A DNA stretch of 64,000 nt from Mycobacteriales bacterium (GTDB taxonomy: Bacteria > Actinomycetota > Actinomycetes > JAFAQI01), in contig DATAVE010000117.1 of NCBI GenBank assembly GCA_036267875.1, positions 25,785 to 89,784 of the forward strand. Reading direction: 5' to 3'. Numbering within the stretch: the stretch's first letter is position 1; each line of letters begins with the position of its first letter. Below the pieces are notes generated by a model. It saw only the letters and a program-made list of their open reading frames with translations, made no database searches and had not been told where the DNA came from. Both the position numbers and the translations under genes were made by a program. Shown here in pieces: positions 25,414-34,560 of this stretch.

Positions 25414-26074
25414 TTCCGCCGACCAGCAGGCGCAGTCCGCGAAGGAACTGCTGCTCTCCGACCTGGTTGAGGTAGGCGACGTCGCGGTCGCGATCAGTGA
25501 GCGGGTCCGGGTCGTTTGCCGCAGGTGCGCCGCGCGCGGCGTCACTGACGATGAGGCCTTGTTCCATCGTCACGAATCCACGGGTGAAGTTCAGGCACGC
25601 GGCGAAGGCGTCGGTGGCGGCCTGATGCGACAGTCCGGCAAGGGTGAGCAGGTGCAGCCCGTCTGCGAGGCGACGCTGCGCGGCACCCGTCAGCCGGGAG
25701 TGGGCGATCGACCCCGGTGCGTACGCAACGATCTCGAGGTACGCGGGTAGGGACAGCAATAGCTCGCGGAACGCCGCGAAGTAGGCGATGAGCTCGTCGT
25801 CCCACGCACCTTCGCCGGCGGGAGGGAGCTGCTGGTGGACGTCGTGCAGAACGAGACCGGCCAGCGCGTCGACGAGCTCTTCCTTGTTCTTGAAGTACCA
25901 GTAGATGCTGGCGACGCCCGACTTCAGGTGCTTGGCCAGCGTTGGCATCGACAGCTGACGCAGTCCGTCGCGCTCGACGATCTCGCGCGCGGCGACGAGG
26001 ATCTCCTCGCGCGAGAGTGATCCACGCGCGCGGCGGGTGCGTCCCGCAGGTACCTCGCCAGCCTTCGCGGTCAC
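25385..26074 (-). CDS. TetR-family transcriptional regulator
   Basis: GTG 26074, 7 nt after upstream stop; LSREEILVAAREIVERDGLRQLSMPTLAKHLKSGVASIYWYFKNKEEL. Confidence 0.8.
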   Translation of the reverse strand: MTAKAGEVPAGRTRRARGSLSREEILVAAREIVERDGLRQLSMPTLAKHLKSGVASIYWYFKNKEELVDALAGLVLHDVHQQLPPAGEGAWDDELIAYFAAFRELLLSLPAYLEIVAYAPGSIAHSRLTGAAQRRLADGLHLLTLAGLSHQAATDAFAACLNFTRGFVTMEQGLIVSDAARGAPAANDPDPLTDRDRDVAYLNQVGEQQFLRGLRLLVGGIRAEALSLR

Positions 26075-26081
26075 CCGTTCA

Positions 26082-27005
26082 TTAGACCTCGACCAGCCGC
26101 GGCAGGACGCCTGACCTGGTGAGCACGAGGTCGCCGAGCTCGCCCACCATGTCCTCCCATCGACCAAGCAGTGAGTCGAGGACGATGCCACGATCGATGT
26201 AGAGATGTAGCGGATGCTCGAGCGTGGCGCCGATCGCCCCGCAGACCTGGATCGCGTGCTTGCTGACCAGCTGATGTGCCCGCCCGGCCTGCGCCTTCGC
26301 GAACTGCGCGGCGAGCGGATCTCTGCCGCCGAAGGCGACGTCGAGCAGGCCTTCGGCCGCAGTGATCGCGACGCGCGCGTCGGCGAGGCGGTGGCGCACA
26401 GCTTGGAATGCTGCTATCGGCGCGCCGAACTGGGTTCGGGTGCTGGTGTGCTCGACCGCGAGTCGTAGCACCTCGTGCGAGAGGGCGATCAGCTCGCTGG
26501 CAAGGGCGCGACGCGCGCCCGCGACGGCGCTGTCCCAGCGGGTGGTCTCGATGAGCTCCGCCGGTGCCGCGACGGTCGCCTCGAACCAGTGGAGTGATGC
26601 GTCGAAGGTGTGTAGCGGCACTCCCGAGAGCTCGGCGCCCCGGACCGCGGCGAGCGACGTCGTGCTCTCTCGAACAACAGGTGCGACCACGATGTCGTCG
26701 TCAGCCGGCAGGTGCGTCAGGATGCCGCGAATCTCTCCGCCTGCTCTCGCCGATGGCCACAGCACCGCCGACGCCAGCGCCGGGACCTCACCGTGAAGAG
26801 TCTCGAGGACGAGCCGGTCGAGGATCGTGGTTCGGGCACGCGAACGGGCGTGAGCGGTGAACAGCAGTCGGGTCGCGACCGCTTCGTCGTCGGCGACCAC
26901 TTCGTCCCAGCCGAGCTCTGCCAGAGCCTCCGAGACGTCGCCCACTGCGCCGTCCAACAAGTCATCGAGCGAGGCCGACAGCAGCGCGATCTCTTCTGCA
27001 TTCAT
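26082..27005 (-). CDS. Acyl-CoA dehydrogenase-fold protein, beta-type (short, 307 aa)
   Basis: ATG 27005; FGAPIAAFQAVRHRLADA, QVCGAIGATLEHPLHLYIDRG; 567-aa ORF extension overlaps upstream gene and is rejected. Confidence 0.7.
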   Translation of the reverse strand: MNAEEIALLSASLDDLLDGAVGDVSEALAELGWDEVVADDEAVATRLLFTAHARSRARTTILDRLVLETLHGEVPALASAVLWPSARAGGEIRGILTHLPADDDIVVAPVVRESTTSLAAVRGAELSGVPLHTFDASLHWFEATVAAPAELIETTRWDSAVAGARRALASELIALSHEVLRLAVEHTSTRTQFGAPIAAFQAVRHRLADARVAITAAEGLLDVAFGGRDPLAAQFAKAQAGRAHQLVSKHAIQVCGAIGATLEHPLHLYIDRGIVLDSLLGRWEDMVGELGDLVLTRSGVLPRLVEV

Positions 27006-27010
27006 GTCCG

Positions 27011-28162
27011 TCAGCCCTTGGGGAGGTTGAGCACTCGGTCGGCGATGATGCCGCGTTGGACCTCGGCAGCCCCGCCGTAGATGGTCGTCGTCCGGCTGAA
27101 CCACCACTCCTGTCCCCACCGCCGCATGGCGGGGTCGCTGCTGAACGCGAACTGCTCGCCGAGCAGGCACCGCGCCGCTTCGTAGACGCTCTGCTCTGCG
27201 GCACCCAGCAGGAGCTTGTCCGCGCTGGCCTCGGGTCCGACGGTCTCGCCTGCAGCGAGGCGGCGGACCGTCTCGACGCTTCGGGCGCGTAGCCCGATCA
27301 GGTCCAGGTAGGCCGTTCCGAGCTGTCGGCGTGCGAGGTCGCCGGAAGGGACGACCCTGGTGAGCGCTTCGAGGCGTTCGAGCAGGACGGCGGCGCGCTG
27401 CCATGCGTAGACAGCACGCTCGAACTGTAGGAGATACATCGCGACTGCCCAACCCTGTCCGGCCTCGCCGATCAGGCGATCGGCCGGCACCCGCACCTCG
27501 TCGAAGAAGCATTCGGCCAGCTCCGCGCGCCCGCTTGCGAGGTAGATCGGCCGGATCTCCACGCCCGGCATGTCGTTGTCGAGGAACAGCATCGAAAGCC
27601 CCTTGTGACGGCTCTCGGTCGTGCCCGTTCGGCACAGCAGGACGGTGTGCGTGGCGGTTGCACCATGGCTGGTCCATAGCTTCTGCCCAGACACGACGTA
27701 GTCGTCGCCGTCGAGCACGGCCCGGCACCGCAGCGACGCAAGGTCGCTGCCCGCCTCCGGTTCGGAGAACCCCTGACCCCACCACTCGTCGCCACGCGCG
27801 AAGGCCGCCAGATAGGTCGCGGCGATGTGCGGCGCATAGCGAGCGATCGGCTGGGCGAGGGTGGTGAGCAGGCTGTGTTGCCCGGTGAGTGGAAGACCTG
27901 CCACGACAAGTTCGTCGTACATCACCGCCCAGTGCCGTACGTCACCACCGAGCCCACCTGCTTCGACCGGGAAGCCGTACTTGCCGAAGTCGGCGTCGTA
28001 GATCGTCCGCACCATTCCGGAGACGAACTGCATCTCCTCTGCGACGTCGTCGATGTAGCAGCCGCGCCACGCGTCGAGCTCGGAAGCTCCGAGGAACCGG
28101 TGCAGCGCATCGCGATACGCCGGCAGGTCGTCGGCATAGGGGCCGTTGCGGACTGCGGCCAT
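27011..28162 (-). CDS. Acyl-CoA dehydrogenase, alpha-type
   Basis: ATG 28162 one nt after upstream stop; FSEPEAGSDLASL, VVSGQKLWTS, TIYGGAAEVQRGIIADRVLNLP. Confidence 0.8.
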   Translation of the reverse strand: MAAVRNGPYADDLPAYRDALHRFLGASELDAWRGCYIDDVAEEMQFVSGMVRTIYDADFGKYGFPVEAGGLGGDVRHWAVMYDELVVAGLPLTGQHSLLTTLAQPIARYAPHIAATYLAAFARGDEWWGQGFSEPEAGSDLASLRCRAVLDGDDYVVSGQKLWTSHGATATHTVLLCRTGTTESRHKGLSMLFLDNDMPGVEIRPIYLASGRAELAECFFDEVRVPADRLIGEAGQGWAVAMYLLQFERAVYAWQRAAVLLERLEALTRVVPSGDLARRQLGTAYLDLIGLRARSVETVRRLAAGETVGPEASADKLLLGAAEQSVYEAARCLLGEQFAFSSDPAMRRWGQEWWFSRTTTIYGGAAEVQRGIIADRVLNLPKG

Positions 28163-28163
28163 C

Positions 28164-29249
28164 TCAGACTCGCTCCTCGATGAGCTTCGCCAGGCGTTCG
28201 AGGTGAGCTTGCGGGTCGCCGAACAGTTGGCGGTTGATGGTCGCCCGGCGAAGGTAGAGGTGCGCCGGGTGTTCCCAGGTCGCGCCGATTCCACCGTGGA
28301 TCTGGATGTTCTCCGACGTTGCGAGAGTCGACGCCTCGTTGGCCTGGTACGCCGCGATCCGCGCCACCTCAGCAACGTTCTCGGTGTCGTGATCGGCAAT
28401 CCAAGCGGCGTACATCACTGCGGCGGATGCGGCTTCGACCTCGAGCACCACTGAGGCGAGCTTGTGCTTGACCGCCTGGAACTGCCCGATCGGCCGGCCG
28501 AACTGCTCACGGGTCTTCGCGTAGTCGGTAGCCATTGCCAGACAGCGCTCGGCGATGCCGACCTGCTCGGCGGCGAGCAGGATCAGTGCCAGGTCGTGGC
28601 TGCGCGCGACCGCTGCCTTCGCGTCGCCGGCGTCGGCCAGCACGGTTGCCGCCGCATCATCAAGACGGACACTGACAAATCGTCTGGTGCCATCGACCGT
28701 CTCGATCGGTTCGCGGGAGACCCCGGCGTCATTCGCATCGACCAGGAAGAGCGCGGGCCTTTGCTCGGTCGTGGCGGAGACGACGAACGAGTCGGCGACG
28801 TGGCCGTCGAGCACCCACTCGTGGGATCCGGCGAGCCGCCATCCCTGCTCGGTCTGCCGAGCGCTGGAGGTCGCTCGAGTCGCCAGCGCCACGATTGCGT
28901 CGCCTGCCGCAATGCGGGCGACGAGGCCTTCGGGTGCAGCCGTTCCGACGTCGAGCAGGAGTGCGGAACCGAGGGCGGCGCTGAGCAGCGGAGCGCACAA
29001 CAGCGCCCGACCGGCCTCGCGCAAGACGATGCCGAGCTCGGTGACGCCGGACCCCGCTCCGCCGTGCTCGGCCGGCACGGCAAGTCCGAAGGCGCCGAGC
29101 TCGCCGGCCAGCCGCTTGACGGTCGCAGCATCCCAACCGAGTGCGGAGCCCATCGCGTCGCGTACCTCGGCATCCGTGGATGTCTCGTCGAGGAAGCGCC
29201 GGACGACGAGTGCCAACTCCTCGTGCACGGGGTCGTAGCGAAACTGCAC
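28164..29249 (-). CDS. Acyl-CoA dehydrogenase, beta-type
   Basis: GTG 29249; FGRPIGQFQAVKHKLASV, QIHGGIGATWEHPAHLYLRRA..FGDP. Confidence 0.8.
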   Translation of the reverse strand: MQFRYDPVHEELALVVRRFLDETSTDAEVRDAMGSALGWDAATVKRLAGELGAFGLAVPAEHGGAGSGVTELGIVLREAGRALLCAPLLSAALGSALLLDVGTAAPEGLVARIAAGDAIVALATRATSSARQTEQGWRLAGSHEWVLDGHVADSFVVSATTEQRPALFLVDANDAGVSREPIETVDGTRRFVSVRLDDAAATVLADAGDAKAAVARSHDLALILLAAEQVGIAERCLAMATDYAKTREQFGRPIGQFQAVKHKLASVVLEVEAASAAVMYAAWIADHDTENVAEVARIAAYQANEASTLATSENIQIHGGIGATWEHPAHLYLRRATINRQLFGDPQAHLERLAKLIEERV

Positions 29250-29284
29250 GTTCAGGCTCCCGGTCGCGGTTCGCGGTTATCGTA

Positions 29285-29292
29285 TATCTCAT
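29285..29292. promoter_or_regulatory. TATCTCAT box in divergent ACAD/ACAD intergenic region
   Basis: cgTATATCTCATtcacc, within the 67-bp gap 29250..29316. Confidence 0.35.
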
Positions 29293-29316
29293 TCACCTCT
29301 TCTTACGGAGTGGCTA

Positions 29317-30543
29317 GTGGACATCGGCTACCCCTCGGACGTCACGGCCTTTCGTGACGAGGTGCGTGCAGTGCTCGCTGAGGAGCTCCCCGCGGACTGG
29401 CGTGGCGTGGGTGCGATCCCGACGTCCGAAGAGACTGCAGTGTGGGTGGCGCAGTGGCGCGCGACCTTGCACCGTCGCGGACTGCTCGGTGTCGCGTGGC
29501 CGAAGGAGTACGGCGGCCGCGGACTTTCGAAGCTGCATCAGGTCGTCCTCGTAGAGGAGCTGACGCGGGTGGGTGCGCCGTTCGGCGAGCAGCCGCTGGA
29601 GTCGACCAGCCTGAAGCTCCTCGGCAACACGTTGCTGCGCTGGGGCACTGACGAGCAGAAGGCGGAGTTCCTGCCGGACCTGCTGTCGGGGGCGACCCGG
29701 TTCTGCCAAGGCTTCTCGGAGCCGGGTGCCGGATCCGACCTCGCCTCGGTACGCACGAGAGCCGTGTTGGACGGCGATGAGTGGGTCATCAACGGGCAGA
29801 AGATCTGGACATCGGGCGGTGATCGAAGCAACTGGATATTCATCCTTGCGCGAACCGACCCGGACGCGCCGAAGCACCGGGGGATCTCGTTCCTGCTGGT
29901 GCCGATCGACCAGCCGGGGGTGGAAGTCCGCCCGATCCGGCACATGGCGGGTGGGGCCGAGTTCTGCGAGGTGTTCTTTACCGACGCCCGCACTCGTGCC
30001 GATCGAGTCGTGGGCGAGGTGAACGCCGGCTGGTCTGTCGCGCGGACCCTGCTGACGTTCGAACGCGGCGAGGAGGCGGCGACGAACCCTCTGCTGTTCC
30101 GGGCAGAGTTCGACCGGCTCGTCACGGTCGCGAACGCGCGGGGAAAGCTGTCCGACCCAGTGCTCAGGCAGCGCATTGCGCGCTGCTACGCCCGCGTCGA
30201 GATCATGCGATACCTCGGCTATCGCACGCTGACCGACGTCCTCGCCGAGAAGGAGATCGGTGCGGCCGCCTCCGTGTCGAAGCTGTACTGGAGCGAGTAC
30301 CACCGCGAGCTGACACAGCTGGCGCTCGACATCGAAGGGCTCGACGGTTTGGTACCGGTCGGCAAGGGCCCGAGCCGGCCGCTTCGCTGCGACGACCCCG
30401 GTGCCGATCCGATGTCGACCAACAGCTGGTGGCAGGTGTCGCTGTTCGCGCGCACCGGCACCATCTACGCAGGTACGTCGGAGGTCCAACGCACCATCCT
30501 CGCCGAGCAGGTGCTGGGGCTGCCCCGCGAAGCCTCCGCCTGA
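29317..30543 (+). CDS. Acyl-CoA dehydrogenase, alpha-type
   Basis: FSEPGAGSDLASV, VINGQKIWTS, TIYAGTSEVQRTILAEQVLGLP. Confidence 0.85.
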   Translation: MDIGYPSDVTAFRDEVRAVLAEELPADWRGVGAIPTSEETAVWVAQWRATLHRRGLLGVAWPKEYGGRGLSKLHQVVLVEELTRVGAPFGEQPLESTSLKLLGNTLLRWGTDEQKAEFLPDLLSGATRFCQGFSEPGAGSDLASVRTRAVLDGDEWVINGQKIWTSGGDRSNWIFILARTDPDAPKHRGISFLLVPIDQPGVEVRPIRHMAGGAEFCEVFFTDARTRADRVVGEVNAGWSVARTLLTFERGEEAATNPLLFRAEFDRLVTVANARGKLSDPVLRQRIARCYARVEIMRYLGYRTLTDVLAEKEIGAAASVSKLYWSEYHRELTQLALDIEGLDGLVPVGKGPSRPLRCDDPGADPMSTNSWWQVSLFARTGTIYAGTSEVQRTILAEQVLGLPREASA

Positions 30544-30581
30544 GTTATGGTGCAAACATCTTCCGGATTGAGTGAGGGCCA

Positions 30582-31049
30582 ATGCCGCTGAACCGTGCCT
30601 TTATCGGGCGCCGGTACGAAGCGCCTGACGAGTACCTCGTCGGTCGCGAGCACATCCGTTCCTTCGCGACCGCGATCGGCGACGTCAACCCGCTGTCCCT
30701 CGATGTCGCGGCTGCCCGCGCCGCGGGCCATCCGGATGTCGTGGCCCCACCGACGTTCCTGACGGTGTTGGGCTTTCGCTTTCGGGACGCATCGCCAATG
30801 AACGACGCAGACCTCGGGCTGAACCACGGACGGGTGGTCCACGGTGAGCAGGAGTTCATCGCGCATCGTGCGGTCTATGCCGGCGATGTGCTGCGCATCG
30901 TCAACACCGTGACCGACATCCGCGACGCCGGTGCCAACGAGCTGATGGAGACGACGATGGAGGTCACCTTGGCCGACGGCACCGCCGTCGCCACCTTGAC
31001 CTCCTCGCTCATCAGCCGCGGCACGGCCGAGCGCGCGGAGGCCTCCTGA
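30582..31049 (+). CDS. MaoC-N/HadA/ChsH2-N-like hot-dog hydratase subunit
   Basis: FIGRRYEAPDEYLVGREHIRSFATAIGD..HPDVVAPPTF typical of the non-catalytic partner subunit. Confidence 0.75.
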   Translation: MPLNRAFIGRRYEAPDEYLVGREHIRSFATAIGDVNPLSLDVAAARAAGHPDVVAPPTFLTVLGFRFRDASPMNDADLGLNHGRVVHGEQEFIAHRAVYAGDVLRIVNTVTDIRDAGANELMETTMEVTLADGTAVATLTSSLISRGTAERAEAS

Positions 31050-31471
31050 TGCCGACGTACGACGAGGTGGACATCGGGACGACGATCCCTGCCCGGGTCG
31101 TCAACGTCCAGCGTGCCAATCTGGTCCGCTATGCCGGTGCGAGCGGGGACTTCAACATCATTCATTGGAACGAGCGGGTAGCGACCGGCGTGGGCCTGCC
31201 GAACGTCATCGCTCACGGCATGTTCACGATGGCCATGGCCGGCCGGCTTGTCACGGACTGGGTCGGTGATCCGACGCGGGTCGAGTCATTCGGGGTTCGC
31301 TTCTCCTCGCCGGTGCCGGTGCCGGACGATGACTCGGGGACCGACCTCACCGTCTCCGGTGAGGTGACCGAGAAGCTGGACGGCGGGCGGGTTCGGGTCC
31401 TGCTCACCGCCACCATCGGCGAGGACACGAAGGTCCTCTCGGCGGCACGAGCGGTTGTCCGTCTTGACTGA
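31049..31471 (+). CDS. MaoC/HadB/ChsH1-like hot-dog hydratase subunit
   Basis: 1-nt TGATG overlap; LVRYAGASGDFNIIHWNERVA..GLPNVIAHGM hydratase-2 motif region. Confidence 0.8.
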   Translation: MPTYDEVDIGTTIPARVVNVQRANLVRYAGASGDFNIIHWNERVATGVGLPNVIAHGMFTMAMAGRLVTDWVGDPTRVESFGVRFSSPVPVPDDDSGTDLTVSGEVTEKLDGGRVRVLLTATIGEDTKVLSAARAVVRLD

Positions 31472-31886
31472 TGGCGATGTGCCGACGCGCCTGCTGCCGA
31501 AGCTGACCGATGCCAACCGTGCGTTCTGGACGGGTGGCGCGAAGGGTGAGCTGCTCGTTCAGCGCTGCGAGGCGTGCGATCGCTGGGTGTTGCCCCCCCT
31601 CGACGCCTGCCCGACGTGCGGCGGCACCCTCTCCACCCGACCGGTCAGCGGCCGAGCCACGGTGTTCACCTACACGACGAACCACCACCAGTTCCATCCC
31701 GACATTCCGCCGCCGAACCTGATCGCGATCGTCACCCTCGACGAGCAGGACGATCTCCGGCTGATGACCAACCTGGTCGGCTGCACCGAGGATGACGTCG
31801 AGAGTGGCGCCGCCGTACGCGTCCAGTTCGAAGACCACGGCGAGGTCTTCTATCCCGTCTTCGAGCTGATCGGACCAGACCGATGA
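31455..31886 (+). CDS. Stand-alone DUF35 protein (Zn-ribbon + OB-fold)
   Basis: FWTGGAKGELLVQRCEACDRWVLPPLDACPTCGG; start uncertain (TTG 31455 or GTG 31479). Confidence 0.75.
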   Translation: MSVLTDGDVPTRLLPKLTDANRAFWTGGAKGELLVQRCEACDRWVLPPLDACPTCGGTLSTRPVSGRATVFTYTTNHHQFHPDIPPPNLIAIVTLDEQDDLRLMTNLVGCTEDDVESGAAVRVQFEDHGEVFYPVFELIGPDR

Positions 31887-33052
31887 CCGAGACTCCTTGT
31901 AAGGGCGCGATCATCTCGGGCATCGGCATCTCCCAGATCGGCCGGCGGACCGGGATCGCCCACCTCGACAACACGCTGCACAGCGCGCGCGAGGCGATCG
32001 CCGACGCTGGTCTCACCCCGGCTGACATCGATGGCGTCACCACGATGGGGGACACCCCGGTCTCGGCCGCCGCAGCGGCGCTGGGGATTGAGCCGACCTA
32101 TCGCGGCGGGGGCTTCTCGACCGGCGGGCTGCTCTCGCCCGTCATGTCTGCGGCGAAGGCGGTCGTCGAGGGGCGGGCACGTCACGTGCTGGTCTACCGC
32201 ACCGTCCAGATGATGGGCGGTGAGTTCGTGCCCGGCGCCGGCGGCGACCGAGATGCGCCGGATGAAGGCGTCGGCAACCTCATCGACGTCATGGCCGATA
32301 TCGAAGAGGTGCTCGCCGCGAACGCGCTGTCGGCGGTCAACTGGCTCGCGATGCACTGCCGCCGCCACATGGAGATCTACGGCACGACCAAAGAGCAGCT
32401 CGGCTGGCTTGCGATCAACTCACGCCGCAACGCCGCCCTGAACTCGCGCGCCGTCTATCGCGATCCGATGACGATGGCGGACTACCTCGCGGCCCGCCAG
32501 GTGTCCTCGCCGCTCGGGTTGTTCGACTGTGACGTTCCGGTCGACGGCTCGATCGCGGTGGTCGTGTCGGCCCCCGACTACGAGCCGGACTGCCCCAAGC
32601 CGGCGGTGCGGGTCGAGGCGGTCGGCGGCTCGACGGGCACCGGCGGCTGGTTCCATCGGCCGGACTACCCGAAGATGGCATCGGCCGATGCCGCGGCCGA
32701 GATGTGGAGCCGCACGGATCTGCGGCCACCCGACCTCGACGTCGCCGAGCTGTACGACGGATTCACCTACCTCACCTTTGCCTGGCTGGAGGCTCTCGGC
32801 ATCTGCGGGGACGGCGAGGCCGGTCCGTACGTCGAGGGCGCGACCCGGATCGCGCTGGACGGCGAGCTGCCCTTGAACACCTACGGCGGCCAGCTCTCGG
32901 CGGGCCGGATGCACGGCTACTGGGTTCTCCACGAGGCATGTCTGCAGCTGCGAGGCGAGGCCGGTGATCGTCAGGTCCAAGGCGACCCGGAGGTTGCCGT
33001 CGTCAGCAACGGCGGTGGTCCGATCGCGGGTTGTCTGCTGCTGACCCGCTAA
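31883..33052 (+). CDS. Ltp2-like thiolase-fold protein lacking thiolase catalytic Cys/His (putative retro-aldolase)
   Basis: ATGA overlap with DUF35 gene; nucleophile region GGFSTGGLLSP (no Cys); AELYDGF replaces xHDCF; GGQLSAGRMHG. Confidence 0.8.
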   Translation: MTETPCKGAIISGIGISQIGRRTGIAHLDNTLHSAREAIADAGLTPADIDGVTTMGDTPVSAAAAALGIEPTYRGGGFSTGGLLSPVMSAAKAVVEGRARHVLVYRTVQMMGGEFVPGAGGDRDAPDEGVGNLIDVMADIEEVLAANALSAVNWLAMHCRRHMEIYGTTKEQLGWLAINSRRNAALNSRAVYRDPMTMADYLAARQVSSPLGLFDCDVPVDGSIAVVVSAPDYEPDCPKPAVRVEAVGGSTGTGGWFHRPDYPKMASADAAAEMWSRTDLRPPDLDVAELYDGFTYLTFAWLEALGICGDGEAGPYVEGATRIALDGELPLNTYGGQLSAGRMHGYWVLHEACLQLRGEAGDRQVQGDPEVAVVSNGGGPIAGCLLLTR

Positions 33053-33921
33053 CGCAAGTTGCCGAGGAGGTCCGGTACCTCCGTGAGCGACCGCAACGTG
33101 TCGTTGAGATGGGTGCAGGTACTCGTTCCGGAGAACTCCGCTGCAACCCGGGCCTCGATCTCCTCGAAAGGCAGATCCGCGAGCCGTCCGGCGCTCTGCC
33201 CGGCGAACGGACACTCGAGCCACGGCAGCTGCCCAGGGGCGGCATGGATCTCCGCGATCCGAGTCGCGTCGTCGTCGAGTCGCGCGTCGACGACCCACTC
33301 GTGCAGCGCACGCTCGACCCCGTCAGGATCGGCGTAGGAGTCCCGAAAGGTCGCCACCACCTCGATCGGGTCGAGGTCGGTGACAGTCAGCGTGCGTGCC
33401 CGACGCGTTGCCATGGCGGCGAGGCGTGGCTCCCACGGCTTGGTGACTTCAGGCGTCAGCGGCATCCGCAGCACACCCTGAGCCTCGGCGACGATGGTGA
33501 GCATCTGCCCGCCGGCGCGCCAGCCCGAGCACTGGTCCGTGCCGCCGAGCCCGATGACCGGATCGGCACGAGCGCCGGGATGGTCGAGCAGGAACGTCTG
33601 CCCGCCAACCTGGGCGAGGATCGGCAGGTCCCACATCATCCGGCGAAGCAGCCGGTACTCAGGTGTCGTCGCAAGGCTGCTCAGAGCCGCGCGGAAGCCG
33701 CTGGCGACGCGCCGGCCGATCAGGCCGTCGGTTGGTGCATCCCACGATGTGTCGAGAACGAGGAGCTGTTGGCGCTCGTCGAGCTCGGCGCGGATCGTGA
33801 CCGCGCGCAACACCTCTTCGCGATCATCGTCCTGGACGAGTACGTCGCGACCTTGCCCGGTGATGACGCCGGCTACCGGCTCGATCGCGACGCTCGTCGT
33901 ACGAACGACTCGGACACTCAT
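33049..33921 (-). CDS. DUF2889-like protein of unknown function
   Basis: 290-aa ORF, ATGA-coupled to upstream gene; C-terminal GTSTCTHLNDTLRSL resembles the conserved G..CTHL motif I recall for DUF2889 (from memory, unverified). Confidence 0.5.
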   Translation of the reverse strand: MSVRVVRTTSVAIEPVAGVITGQGRDVLVQDDDREEVLRAVTIRAELDERQQLLVLDTSWDAPTDGLIGRRVASGFRAALSSLATTPEYRLLRRMMWDLPILAQVGGQTFLLDHPGARADPVIGLGGTDQCSGWRAGGQMLTIVAEAQGVLRMPLTPEVTKPWEPRLAAMATRRARTLTVTDLDPIEVVATFRDSYADPDGVERALHEWVVDARLDDDATRIAEIHAAPGQLPWLECPFAGQSAGRLADLPFEEIEARVAAEFSGTSTCTHLNDTLRSLTEVPDLLGNLR

Positions 33922-34550
33922 TGCGGTGTCCAGCAGGCGATGACCTCGTCGACCGTGACGACCTTGCCGAGCAGCGCGAAGGCGTAGCGCAGCATGTCGG
34001 CCGCGAACGTCTCGGGCAGCCCCATCACGGCGTCGCGCGGAATCACGATCCGGTAGCCGATGTTCACCGCCTCGATTGCCAGGCCGATGACCGCTTCGTT
34101 GAGCGAGATGCCAGCGATCACGAGTGTCTTGACGTCGAGGCTACGCAGTATCGGGTCGAGCTCTGTCCCTGTGAACGCCGACATGCCGTGGATCCGCCCG
34201 GCGACGATGTCCCGCGGGTCCGGGCCGAGCTCCGGGACGATCTCGGCCTCGGCGGAGCCGACGAGCAGGTAGTCGGGATCCTCCATCGTCACGGCCATCA
34301 GCGGCGTCACGATCCGGACGCCGGCCCGGTCGGCGCGGAACTGCAGCGTTGCGTGGACGACCCGCGCCCCACCTGTCCGGGCGGCGTTGGCGAGGCGCGC
34401 AATCGCTGGGATCACGCCGTGCGTGATGACGGCCTGCTGCATCTCGAGCATCGGTGGCCGCGCTAGGTCCCCGACGATTCCTCGCTGCATCTCCGAGATG
34501 ACGACAGCCGTGTGGGCCGGATCGACCAGCTCGCTCAGGGTGATGGCCAT
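33918..34550 (-). CDS. Isochorismatase-like protein lacking canonical Asp-Lys-Cys residues (paralog of 7269..7883)
   Basis: ATG 34550; AVVISEMQRG.., LVIAGISLNEAVIGLAIEAVNIGYRIVIPRDAVMG. Confidence 0.7.
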   Translation of the reverse strand: MAITLSELVDPAHTAVVISEMQRGIVGDLARPPMLEMQQAVITHGVIPAIARLANAARTGGARVVHATLQFRADRAGVRIVTPLMAVTMEDPDYLLVGSAEAEIVPELGPDPRDIVAGRIHGMSAFTGTELDPILRSLDVKTLVIAGISLNEAVIGLAIEAVNIGYRIVIPRDAVMGLPETFAADMLRYAFALLGKVVTVDEVIACWTPQ

Positions 34551-34560
34551 CGAGATGTCC

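Noticed and set aside
26082-27785. N-terminal extensions of ORF-track entries (26082..27785, 27011..28399, 21760..22917, 42856..44670, 44312..45826, 46220..49138, 54757..56601, 34561..35838, 33918..34676, 60686..61309, 62662..63402)
   Set aside because: The extensions read through the neighbouring upstream gene in another frame and are low-complexity Arg/Pro-rich. Internal starts with SD sequences or ATGA/TGATG coupling give proteins of family-typical length, so all were trimmed.
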